NCBI GenBank assembly: GCA_963833095.1 | Contig: CAWHWQ010000008.1 | Coordinates: forward strand, 96,001-160,000 | Reading direction: 5' to 3' | DNA: 64,000 nucleotides | Source: Vulcanimicrobiota bacterium | Lineage (GTDB): Bacteria > Vulcanimicrobiota > Vulcanimicrobiia > Vulcanimicrobiales > Vulcanimicrobiaceae | Shown: positions 11,844-21,045 of the stretch, piece after piece | How the letters are laid out: the number at the start of each line of letters is the position of its first letter | Position numbering within the stretch: position 1 is the first letter of the stretch | Translations under genes and position numbers: made by a program | Notes under the pieces: model-generated | Seen by the model: the letters and a program-made list of their open reading frames with translations, nothing else | What the model was told of the DNA's origin: nothing | Databases searched by the model: none

Positions 11844-12511
11844 GCGTTCCTCGCGCGCACCGCAGCCGGCACGGATGTGAGGCTTCCGAACATGCGATCT
11901 CCGGCATCCCCTAAGCCCGGCACGATGTAGGCGTGATCGTTGAGGCCTGCATCCAGCGCGGCCGTCACGATGGACACCGCGGGATGCGCGGCGTGTATGC
12001 ACCGCACGCCTTCCGGCGCAGCGATCACACAAACGAAGGTCAGCATTCGAGCGCCGCGCTCCACGAGCGCATCGAGGGCGGCGACGCCCGAATGCCCGGT
12101 CGCGAGCATCGGATCGAGCACAAACACGTGACGATCTTCAAGCTGTGGTGGCACGTTAGCGTAATACGGAACGGCGCGCAGCGACTCGGGATCGCGATAG
12201 AATCCAAGGTGCGCGACAACGGCGTCGTCGATAACACTGAGGAAACCGGGCAAAAGCCCGAGGCCGGCGCGCAAAACCGGAGCGACGACCGGGCGCGTTG
12301 CAATGCGTTGAGCATTCGTTTCGATCAGCGGCGTCGTGATGCGTTCGTCACGCAGCGGTAGCGATCGCGTCGCTTCGTAAGCCAGAAAGACGCCAAGCTC
12401 TTCGATCAGCGCGCGAAACACCGGCGTCGGTGTCGAACGGTCGCGTAGTCGCGCGAGACGATCGGCGACGGCCGGATGATCAACGAGGTGGAGGCTTTGG
12501 CTCCCGGGCAT
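11840..12511 (-). CDS. upp: uracil phosphoribosyltransferase
   Basis: PVLRAGLG, VLDPMLATGHS, YIVPGLGDAGDR. Confidence 0.95.
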   Translation of the reverse strand: MPGSQSLHLVDHPAVADRLARLRDRSTPTPVFRALIEELGVFLAYEATRSLPLRDERITTPLIETNAQRIATRPVVAPVLRAGLGLLPGFLSVIDDAVVAHLGFYRDPESLRAVPYYANVPPQLEDRHVFVLDPMLATGHSGVAALDALVERGARMLTFVCVIAAPEGVRCIHAAHPAVSIVTAALDAGLNDHAYIVPGLGDAGDRMFGSLTSVPAAVRARNA

Positions 12512-12527
12512 GAAAGTCGGGTTTGTT

Positions 12528-14015
12528 ATGCGTGCGCGCGATACCTGGGTGCTGCTCGCGACGATCGTCGGGTCGAGTCTTGCGTTCATCGACGGAACCG
12601 TCGTTTCACTCGCGCTTCCCTCGGTTCAACGAGAGTTTCATGCGAGTGCGGGCGATGTCGCATGGATCGTTGAGCTTTACACGCTCGTGCTCGGTTCGCT
12701 GATGCTGCTCGGCGGCGCGCTCGCCGACCGCTATGGGCGCAAGCGCATCTTTATTCTCGGCGCGGTGCTTTTTGCGTGCGGCTCCATCGGGTGCGCGTTC
12801 GCGTGGTCGATCCCATCGATGCTCGTCACTCGCACGCTGCAAGGATTCGGTGGCATGTTGGTTGCACCGGCGAGCTTAGCAATTCTGGGAAATCACTTTC
12901 AGGGTGATGCGCGAGGACGCGCGATCGCGGCATGGTCAGCGTTTAGTGCCCTGACCTCGACGCTTGGGCCCGCGCTCGGCGGCGCGTTGATCGACAGCTT
13001 TGGATGGCGCTCAGTCTTTTGGATCAACGTTCCGCTGGTCGCCATCGTTATCGTGCTCGCCCTGCGTCACGTGGATGAAAGCCGCAACAGCGATGCACCG
13101 AAAGAGCTCGACATTCTTGGGGCGATGCTGGCGACGTTTGGACTCGGCGGCGTGACCTACGCTCTGATCGCCGCAAGCGCGAGCGGCTGGGCTCACGCCG
13201 GCGTCGAGTCGTCGCTGTTCGGCGGCATCGTGCTGCTAATACTCTTCGGCATCAGAGAGCGACGGGCGAGCGCGCCGCTGGTGCCACCGAGCATCTTTGC
13301 CTCGCGCACCTTCGGCACGATCAACCTTGCTACGCTGCTTCTTTACGGCGCGCTCAGCGCGCTCTTCTATGAAATTCCGTTCGCTATGATCCAAGCGCAC
13401 AACTACAGCGCCTTTCAAACGGCGATTGGAATGTTGCCCATGCTGCTGTGCCTGGTGGTCCTCGCCCGTTTTGGCGCAGCCCTCGCGCAACGTTTCGGCT
13501 ACCGCATCGTGCTTACCGTCGGGCCGGCAGTCGTTGCTGCCGGTTTCGCGCTACTCGCCCTACTCGAGCCGCAGCGCGGCTATCTTTTTGCATTCTTCCC
13601 CGGATTGCTAGTGGTAGGCGTCGGCATGGGCATAACGGTCGCACCGTTGACCACTGCGGTGATCAGCGCGGCCGACCCGCGCCACGTTGGGATTGCATCC
13701 GGCATCAACAACGCCGTTTCGCGGATCGCGGGGCTGCTCGCGGTCGCCGCGATTACCGTTTTGGTCGCTACAATCTACAACGCGTCAATCGACCGAGCGC
13801 TCAACCTGATGCATGCCTCGAGCAGCGCGCGTGCGAAGGTTGATTTGCAGCGCGATCGTCTCGGCGGCGCGCATTTCAACGACCCAATGCTTCAGCGCGA
13901 TTCAATCGTCGCGTTCGAAACCGGCTTTCGCGGTGTCGCCGTCGCGTGCGCGATCCTTGCCGCGCTTGCCGCGTTAGCCGACGCGCTGGGAATCGAGGAA
14001 CGGAGACTCCGTTAG
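12528..14015 (+). CDS. MFS efflux transporter, DHA2-like (14 TM)
   Basis: LAFIDGTVV, GALADRYGRKR motif A, GWRSVFWINVP. Confidence 0.9.
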   Translation: MRARDTWVLLATIVGSSLAFIDGTVVSLALPSVQREFHASAGDVAWIVELYTLVLGSLMLLGGALADRYGRKRIFILGAVLFACGSIGCAFAWSIPSMLVTRTLQGFGGMLVAPASLAILGNHFQGDARGRAIAAWSAFSALTSTLGPALGGALIDSFGWRSVFWINVPLVAIVIVLALRHVDESRNSDAPKELDILGAMLATFGLGGVTYALIAASASGWAHAGVESSLFGGIVLLILFGIRERRASAPLVPPSIFASRTFGTINLATLLLYGALSALFYEIPFAMIQAHNYSAFQTAIGMLPMLLCLVVLARFGAALAQRFGYRIVLTVGPAVVAAGFALLALLEPQRGYLFAFFPGLLVVGVGMGITVAPLTTAVISAADPRHVGIASGINNAVSRIAGLLAVAAITVLVATIYNASIDRALNLMHASSSARAKVDLQRDRLGGAHFNDPMLQRDSIVAFETGFRGVAVACAILAALAALADALGIEERRLR

Positions 14016-15077
14016 CCCTCGCTCGACCACGGGCGACGCCGGCACGCGTAGCTCGCGCGCGATCACGTCCGCAGCGTCATCAGCCGCTCCATCGAACGCG
14101 TCAACCGTCGCCGCAAGGGCGAGCAACGCGTCGGCATGGGCGCTGCGGATCTCGCTCGCGCGCAGTCCGTCGGCACCTTTGGACGCCGCGGCGCGCGCAT
14201 TCGTAAAATCCACGGTAACGCCGGTCGATGCCAACAAGAAGTCCCCGATGTTCTTGCGATAGGTCATGGATTCGCCGAGGGCACCCACGTGGATCGTCGC
14301 ATCGACGTGCAACAGGGATTTGCACGCGCTCACCAGCCAAAACGCCAAATAACTCCGATAGAGCGCCACCGCGGTCGAGGTTTGGACAAAGCGCTCGCAT
14401 TGCTCGTAGCTTCGCTCGAACGACCTCCGGCGCAATGGTCGAAGACGCGCGCCGAGGCGCATTGCAACCTGCGCCACCATCGGCTCGGAGAGATGCCGCG
14501 CGAGAATCGCCAGCGGAGCAGCGAGAAAATACGGGTTCCCATTCTCGGCTTGGCGCCATGCCGAATTCCACTGCGCGACGGGATCGCGCAGCACCGCTAC
14601 GTGCAGCGCGTTCGGAAAATGCGCGCGCATCCACGCGACACGTCCGTGCGAACGGCAGAATTTCAGGACGGGAAGTTTGCCCGAGCTGTGTGCGAGATCG
14701 ACGAGTTGCGAAAGATAGGCCTGCAAGCGCGGCTCGCGCTCGTGCCTCGCGAGGAAAAAGCGGTCGAATGCAAATGAGCGATGATACCGAGCGATGCCGC
14801 GGCGCGCAAGCAGGGGGATGAACTCCTGAAAATACGGCGGCCCGTCGGGATGATGCGAGTTCCACTCAGCCGCGCGTTCGCGCCGGATCCCCTCGAGTTT
14901 TATATCCTTGAGCAGCTCGTGCAACGGCTCGTAGAAAGCCATTACGCCGGGATTCGCCCGAAATTCACTCCAAATCCACGTTCCCGTACTGCGCCAACCG
15001 CTGTGGATGAACACCGCATCGCAGGCCGGCGAAAGACGCTTGGGGGAAGGGACGTCGTATCCGGCTCTGGCTGACAC
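13974..15077 (-). CDS. sulfotransferase-family protein
   Basis: 5'-PAPS loop-like FIHSGWRSTGTW, FYEP, and 3'-PB-like LRDPVAQWNS. Confidence 0.7.
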   Translation of the reverse strand: MSARAGYDVPSPKRLSPACDAVFIHSGWRSTGTWIWSEFRANPGVMAFYEPLHELLKDIKLEGIRRERAAEWNSHHPDGPPYFQEFIPLLARRGIARYHRSFAFDRFFLARHEREPRLQAYLSQLVDLAHSSGKLPVLKFCRSHGRVAWMRAHFPNALHVAVLRDPVAQWNSAWRQAENGNPYFLAAPLAILARHLSEPMVAQVAMRLGARLRPLRRRSFERSYEQCERFVQTSTAVALYRSYLAFWLVSACKSLLHVDATIHVGALGESMTYRKNIGDFLLASTGVTVDFTNARAAASKGADGLRASEIRSAHADALLALAATVDAFDGAADDAADVIARELRVPASPVVERGLTESPFLDSQRVG

Positions 15078-15201
15078 CGACTCTCCACAAATTGGCGCTC
15101 GACTGCTTCGCGCAGCCTTTCTATGTAGCTACGATACGCCGCCGGCTGAAAGTTTGTTGAGAGTTTTTCGGTTAGAAACGAACCTGAGAATTGACTTAAA
15201 A

Positions 15202-16453
15202 TCAGGGGACGTCGAAGCGCGCCGTCAATTCGTGCACGCGCCCGCGCAACTTTTCGACATTGGTCTCATTGCCGATATCGCCAAACGCATCCAGCATGAT
15301 GCGCGCGACCTCGCGGCAGTCGTCTTCGCCGAAGCCGCGCGACGTAATCGCCGGCGTTCCGATGCGGATGCCGCTCGCGACCATCGGCTTTTGCTGATCG
15401 AACGGGATCGCGTTCTTGTTGACGGTGATGCCGATCTCGTCGAGGTAGGCCTCGACTGCTTTTCCGGTGAGGCCCTTCACCGACACGTCGACGAGCATCA
15501 GATGCGTGTCGGTGCCGCCGGCAACCAAGCGCAAGCCGCCGCGCACGAACTCCTCGGCCATCGCTCGCGCGTTGGCGATCACACTCTGCTGATAGGTCTT
15601 GAACGACGGCTGCAGCGCTTCGCCAAAGGCGACGGCTTTGGCGGCGATCGTGTGCATCAACGGTCCGCCTTGAATGCCCGGGAAAACGCTCTTGTCGATC
15701 GCTTGCGCGTAAGCTGCCTGTGCACAGAATGAAGCCGCCGCGCGGACCGCGCAGCGTCTTGTGCGTGGTCGAGGTGACGAAATCCGCGAGCGGCACCGGT
15801 GAGGGATGCAGTCCGACCGCGACGAGCCCCGCGATGTGCGCCATATCGACCATGAGCGTCGCGCCGATCTCGTCGGCGATCTCGCGGAACGGCGCATACT
15901 CCATCGTGCGCGGATACGCGCTCGCGCCGGCGATGATCATCTTCGGTTTGTGCTCGCGCGCCAGCGCCCGCACTTCGTCGAAATCGATCAGTTCGGTGTC
16001 TTTGCGTCACGCCGTACGCGACCGCGTTGTAGAGCTTGCCGCTAAAGCTGACTTTGGTGCCGTGCGTGAGATGGCCGCCGTGCGCGAGCGACATGCCGAG
16101 CACCGTATCGCCGGGCTGCAGCTGCGCCATGAACACGGCCATGTTGGCTTGCGCGCCGGCGTGCGGTTGCACGTTGGCGTGATCGGCGCCGAAAAGTTTC
16201 TTGACCCGATCGATCGCGAGATTCTCGGCAACGTCGACCCATTCGCATCCGCCGTAATAGCGCTTGCCCGGATAACCCTCGGCGTATTTGTTGGTCATCA
16301 CGCAGGCCATGGCTTCGCGCACGGCGCTGCTGGCGTAGTTCTCCGAGGCGATCAGCTCGAGGTTCTCGTTTTGGCGCCGTTCCTCGCTGGCGAATCGCGC
16401 GAATAGACTTCGGGATCTTGGGCTTCGATCTGCGACGGGGTCAGAATATCCAT
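15202..16453 (-). CDS. glyA: serine hydroxymethyltransferase (frameshifted)
   Basis: [53 protein letters not shown]. Confidence 0.97.
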
Positions 16454-16455
16454 GG

Positions 16456-16985
16456 TTAAAGCAATTCCTTCGGCGTAGCGGCGCCGGTGACTTCGCCGAA
16501 TTCAACGGCTTTGAGCGTCCGTTCGCGTTGCGCGTCGCCGAACTCGAAGAGTTGTTCGACGCGATGCTTGTGGCGCGCCCCTTCGGGTGTATCGCCGTCA
16601 AATGGTGCGTCGCATGAACACGTCGACGAGACGCTCGATCATCTCCCAGCCCGTTAGACGTTCCGAAAGCGCTAGGACGTTGGCATCGTTGTGACGGCGC
16701 GCGAGTTCCGCCGAGAGCGGTTCGGTAACGATCGCGCAGCGAACGCCCGGCACTTTGTTCGCGGCGATCGAGATGCCGATACTCGATCCGCAGACCACGA
16801 TGCCACGCTCGGCCTGCCCGCTCGCGACGGCCTCGCCGACGGCGTAGCCATATTGCGGATAATCGACCGGCGTCGCGTCGTGCGTACCGAAATCGATGAT
16901 GACGTGGCCGCGCATCGCGCAACATCTGCGCGATGCGATCTTTGTATTCGTAGCCGGCATGATCGGCGCCGAGGGCTATACGCAT
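16456..16985 (-). CDS. rpiB: ribose-5-phosphate isomerase B (frameshifted)
   Basis: [42 protein letters not shown]. Confidence 0.92.
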
Positions 16986-17058
16986 GGCTTCGATGTTCAA
17001 GCCGCCCAGGGGAATCTCTGCCGGGCAAGTGCGTTTATGCGGCACTTCGGGCGCGGAC

Positions 17059-17111
17059 AGCCGCAGGATGCGGCTGTAGGAACGCAGCGCAGGATGCGCG
17101 GGGGCGTTCCT
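17059..17111 (+). repeat. structured two-stem repeat with CAGGATG loops (copy 1)
   Basis: AGCCGCAGGATGCGGCT hairpin, then AGGAACGC/GCGTTCCT stem enclosing GCGCAGGATGCGC; homologous copy at 54221. Confidence 0.7.
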
Positions 17112-17134
17112 TGCCTAGGGCGAAGCGCCGTTAC

Positions 17135-17842
17135 ATGAAACTGGGCTGTACGAGCGGCGCATTTTACCGAGTTTTCGAGAGCGGCGATCTCACGCAGCTT
17201 GAATTTCTCGATGCCGCCGCACGCGAAATGGGCTGCGACGGCGTGGTTTTGGACGACCGGCATTTTCCGCGGACGGACGCCGACTACCTCGCCCAACTCA
17301 AGAAGATGGCCACTGACCTCGGCCTATGCATCGCGGCGCTCGCAAGCGACGACTTTTTCACCGGCGATGAAGGGGCGATGCGCGCTGCAATCGATCGCGC
17401 ACTGGCGCTGGGCGCACCGTTGCTCGCCGGACGCCTTGGCGCCGTGACCGCGCTCTCGTGGAGCGAACAGCTCGGCAAACTCGGCACCGCGTCGGCACTC
17501 GCCAAGTCGGCGAACGTCACCCTCGCGCTGCGCAATGCGGCGCACACCTTTGCCGCGAGCGCGCATGATTGTAAGCGCGTCACCAAAGAAACGGATTCGG
17601 CGTGGCTACGATATGGGCTTGATCCAGCGGCATTCGACGCGACAAGCGACCTGCAGTCGCTCGCGTCAAAAGCCGTCTTGCTTTGGTGGGATGCACAGAC
17701 GGAGCCAAATCCAGGAGGCTGGCAAGCCTTCCGCGGCTTCGTGGTGCTCGATCGCGCGACGGGCGATGCAACGTCTTCAGAAATGACAAACGCGATCTCC
17801 CGTTGGAAGATCGCGCGTAATCTAGAACTCAACCGCACGTAG
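17135..17842 (+). CDS. sugar-phosphate isomerase/epimerase-like TIM-barrel protein (AP endonuclease 2 fold)
   Basis: MKLGCTSGAF...EFLDAAAREMGCDGV...LKKMATDLGL; family metal-ligand positions look degenerate (LALRN where LAxEN is usual). Confidence 0.6.
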   Translation: MKLGCTSGAFYRVFESGDLTQLEFLDAAAREMGCDGVVLDDRHFPRTDADYLAQLKKMATDLGLCIAALASDDFFTGDEGAMRAAIDRALALGAPLLAGRLGAVTALSWSEQLGKLGTASALAKSANVTLALRNAAHTFAASAHDCKRVTKETDSAWLRYGLDPAAFDATSDLQSLASKAVLLWWDAQTEPNPGGWQAFRGFVVLDRATGDATSSEMTNAISRWKIARNLELNRT

Positions 17843-18010
17843 CGTCTTCCATGCGAGGCAACTGAACCTGCGGTCTCGCAGGTGGGTGCGGCCCGGGCGC
17901 TGGTCTGGGCAGGCACGAGGCCCAAGCCCTATCATCGTATCCGGAGCTTATGCTCCCTAGGTATCCAAGTCGGTTCGGCACCTATAGCATGTTGCGCGCT
18001 AGGCGCAGTC
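17831..18010 (-). ncRNA. ssrS: 6S RNA
   Basis: About 180 nt; minus strand carries GAACC...ACCTAGGGAGC...GCACCCACCTG...CAGGTTCA, as in Firmicute-type 6S RNA; terminal pairing CATGC/GCATG, GAACC/GGTTC, TAGCG/CGCTA; ends approximate. Confidence 0.8.
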
Positions 18011-18081
18011 GAGCCTTACTAACGTACCATTGCCCGTCAAGGCCTTGACACGGCACGAGCAGCGCGGGATGGAGAGGCACT

Positions 18082-18561
18082 ATGCTTCTCTCTCCCCCAC
18101 TCGTCCGCCACGGAACGCTGGCCGTTCCTGCGCCCGATGACACGCTCTACGAACAGGCCAAAACGTATCTTTCGCGCGATCCCGCTGAGGCAAAGCTCTT
18201 TGCGGAGCTCGAGCACTCTCCCGATGGCCGGCAATACGAGTTGACGATCAACAACCGCAACGACGATCACTTCGATCCCAACGATGATGAAATCGCCTGG
18301 GATCCCTATAGCGCGCTGCGTACGACCAACGGCGGGCGCCAATCGCCCGCGCTTGGCCTTGGACACGAAGTCGATCACGCGGTCGAGGATCCGCGCATCG
18401 CAGACCGATTGCGCAATGCGCCCGATCCCCGCTACGACAACGCCGAGGAACGGCGCGTGATCACCGGAAGCGAACGCCACGCCGCGCGCGCGCTGGGCGA
18501 ATCGGTCCGCTTCGATCACGCCGGTCGTACGTACCGCGTTAGTTCTCCCGTGATGAGGTAA
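18082..18561 (+). CDS. HExxH zinc metallopeptidase domain (M91/Rhs C-terminal-like), stand-alone
   Basis: IAWDP...SPALGLGHEVDHA...NAEERRVITGSE; GGAGAGG RBS. Confidence 0.65.
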   Translation: MLLSPPLVRHGTLAVPAPDDTLYEQAKTYLSRDPAEAKLFAELEHSPDGRQYELTINNRNDDHFDPNDDEIAWDPYSALRTTNGGRQSPALGLGHEVDHAVEDPRIADRLRNAPDPRYDNAEERRVITGSERHAARALGESVRFDHAGRTYRVSSPVMR

Positions 18562-18565
18562 TCAT

Positions 18566-18952
18566 ATGAACGACATGCTGCTAGCAGTTGCTATCGCCGC
18601 GACCGGTGTCACGAGACTCGAAATCGATCACGTACCGAACAACGTCACGTATCGTGCCGCGCTCACGCCAAACGAGGTCGACGAGCGCGCGCGCATTCGC
18701 GTTGAGTCGCGCGATCCCGCGATGGTCGCCGGCATCGTCGCCGCGATCGAACGCACCGGCGCCAGCAACGATACCCGTCAAGCCGACCTGCGCTACGCTA
18801 TTCGACTCCGCAATGCGCGAGGCTCCACGCGCGCCATCATCTACCTCGACGCATTCGGAGAACATGGCATCGTTGACGGACGCCGAGTCCGCTTCTCAAG
18901 CGACGCGATCAAACGCGCGATCGTTGCCGCCTTTCCGGCGCTGAGGAATTGA
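18566..18952 (+). CDS. hypothetical protein with short hydrophobic N-terminus
   Basis: GAGG RBS; starts 4 nt after the previous stop; MLLAVAIAATG N-terminus. Confidence 0.6.
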   Translation: MNDMLLAVAIAATGVTRLEIDHVPNNVTYRAALTPNEVDERARIRVESRDPAMVAGIVAAIERTGASNDTRQADLRYAIRLRNARGSTRAIIYLDAFGEHGIVDGRRVRFSSDAIKRAIVAAFPALRN

Positions 18953-18976
18953 CACGCGCGCGCAGAATGCGCTCGC

Positions 18977-19993
18977 ATGGCCCTTTCGCTCTCGCTCGCT
19001 CCGCTCGACCTGGCGCTCAAACATCCGTTTAAGATCGCGCGCGGAGAGGAAACCGTTGCCCACAGTGTGCTCTTCCGTCTGCGCGACGGCGACCTCGAGG
19101 GGTTGGGTGAAGCCACACCGGTCGAGCGCTATCACGAATCGCCGGACAGCGTGGCGTACTACTTTGCGCATCACCCACTCGTCTCGCAGGACCCCTTTGC
19201 GCTTGAAACGCTGATCGAGCGGCGAATACCACCGGCGGCGCGCGCGGGTCTGGATCTCGCGCTCTACGATCTGATGGGGAAGCGCCTGGGCGTGCCGCTC
19301 TATGCGTTGCTCGGACTCGATCCGGCGCGTACGCCGCACACCTCGTTTACCATTGGCATCGCCGACCCGGAAACGACCCTGCGCAAACTCGCCGAGATCG
19401 GCGATCATCCGGTGCTCAAGGTCAAGCTGGGTTTGGGCACCGCGCGCGAGCAGATCGAAACGATCGCGGCGATTCGCGACCGCTATACCGGCACGATTCG
19501 CGTCGACGCGAACGAGGGCTGGACCGTCGACCGCGCGATCCCCATTCTCAACGAACTCGCGCGCTACGACATCGAATTTTGCGAACAGCCGATTCCGGCT
19601 GGCTCGCCGCACGGACTGCGCGCTATTCGCGAGCGATCCAGGATCCCGATCGTCACCGATGAGGATTCGCTGGATGCGCGCGATCTGCCGGCGCTGATCG
19701 GATGCGTCGACGGCGTCAACGTCAAGCTCGCTAAGACCGGCGGAATTCGCGGCGCGCTCGCCATGATTGCGACCGCGCGAGCGCTCGGGTTCAAGGTCAT
19801 GCTCGGCTGCATGGTCGAGAGCGCGATCGCATCGACGGCCGCCGCGCACCTTTCGCCGCTGGTTGACTGGGCCGACATCGATGGTCCATTTCTCACCGCA
19901 GACGACCCGTTCATCGGCGTACAGTACGATCGCGGCAAGCTCGTGCTTCCGAGCGAACCGGGTCTCGGCGTGCGCGAACGCGTCGCCGCATGA
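18977..19993 (+). CDS. dipeptide epimerase / N-acetyl-D-glutamate racemase-like enolase-superfamily protein
   Basis: KVKLG, RVDANEGW, EQP, DE, NVKLAKTGG, MLGCMVES, DIDG. Confidence 0.9.
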   Translation: MALSLSLAPLDLALKHPFKIARGEETVAHSVLFRLRDGDLEGLGEATPVERYHESPDSVAYYFAHHPLVSQDPFALETLIERRIPPAARAGLDLALYDLMGKRLGVPLYALLGLDPARTPHTSFTIGIADPETTLRKLAEIGDHPVLKVKLGLGTAREQIETIAAIRDRYTGTIRVDANEGWTVDRAIPILNELARYDIEFCEQPIPAGSPHGLRAIRERSRIPIVTDEDSLDARDLPALIGCVDGVNVKLAKTGGIRGALAMIATARALGFKVMLGCMVESAIASTAAAHLSPLVDWADIDGPFLTADDPFIGVQYDRGKLVLPSEPGLGVRERVAA

Positions 19994-21045
19994 AACGCCG
20001 TTACGCGATCCTCGCGCCCGAGCATTTCGCAACCGACGCCAAGACCGCGCACGGTGTCATCGCCTACGGCGCTGATGAGACGGTTGCGGTGATCGATCCG
20101 CAGGACGCCGGCAAGAGAGTCAGCGACGTGCTTCCGCACGTGCGCAGCGACGCACCGATCGTCGCAAGCGTCGCGGAAGCGTTGCGCTACGAGCCCACTG
20201 CGCTCCTAATCGGCACCGCGCCCAGAGGCGGCGCGCTTCCGGCGTCGTGGCGATCGGAGATTCTCGCGGCGATCGCCGCCAAGATGGAAATCGTGAGCGG
20301 CCTGCACGACATGCTCGGCGAGGATCAAGAATTCAAGCTCGCAGCGCAACGCGCAGGCGTACGCATTTGGGACGTGCGCGAGCCACCCGATACGCCGCTT
20401 TTTTCCGGCGCAGTGTACGCCGTTGCAGCGCCCACCTTGCTTTTGGTCGGAAATGATTGTGCGGTCGGTAAGATGACCGTTGCGCTCGAACTGTGCAGCG
20501 CCGCGCAGCGCGCCGGCAAACGCGCAACCTTCGTGCCGACCGGACAGACCGGCATCATGATCGCCGGCTGGGGTATTTCAGTCGATCGTGTTATCGCCGA
20601 CTTTGCGCCTGGCGCAACCGAATCGCTGGTTCTCTACGCCGCGCAGTCGAAACCGGACCTGATCGTGGTCGAAGGGCAGGGTGCGATCAATCATCCAGCC
20701 TACGCGCCCGTTACGCTCGCGTTAATGTACGGTGCCGCACCCGACACGTTGGTGCTCGTGTGCGATCCCGTGCGCGAGCGCATCGGCGGCTACAACACGC
20801 CGACACTGGGCTATCGCGAATTGATCCGCCTTCATGAAGCGTTGCTGGCGACGGTGAAGCCGGCGCGCGTCGTCGGCATTGCGCTGAATACGCGCAATCT
20901 CGACGACGATGCCGCGCGCGCGCAGATCGAGCGGGCGCACCGCGAGACGGGTCTTCCTGCCGACGACGTCGTGCGCTACGGACCGGATGCGCTCTATGCG
21001 GCGATCGCGCCCGAAATGCGCAAAGAAAAACCGTGTATCGCCTAA
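19990..21045 (+). CDS. DUF1611 protein (DgcN-like)
   Basis: AKTAHG, GGALP, SGLH, GNDCAVGKMT, TGQTGIMIAGWG, VEGQG. Confidence 0.9.
   Translation: MKRRYAILAPEHFATDAKTAHGVIAYGADETVAVIDPQDAGKRVSDVLPHVRSDAPIVASVAEALRYEPTALLIGTAPRGGALPASWRSEILAAIAAKMEIVSGLHDMLGEDQEFKLAAQRAGVRIWDVREPPDTPLFSGAVYAVAAPTLLLVGNDCAVGKMTVALELCSAAQRAGKRATFVPTGQTGIMIAGWGISVDRVIADFAPGATESLVLYAAQSKPDLIVVEGQGAINHPAYAPVTLALMYGAAPDTLVLVCDPVRERIGGYNTPTLGYRELIRLHEALLATVKPARVVGIALNTRNLDDDAARAQIERAHRETGLPADDVVRYGPDALYAAIAPEMRKEKPCIA

Noticed and set aside
15080..15200. TCTCAG/TCTAAC/TCTCAA direct repeats upstream of the sulfotransferase as a response-regulator box
   Set aside because: Spacing is irregular (13-14 nt, not about 11) and the match is weak
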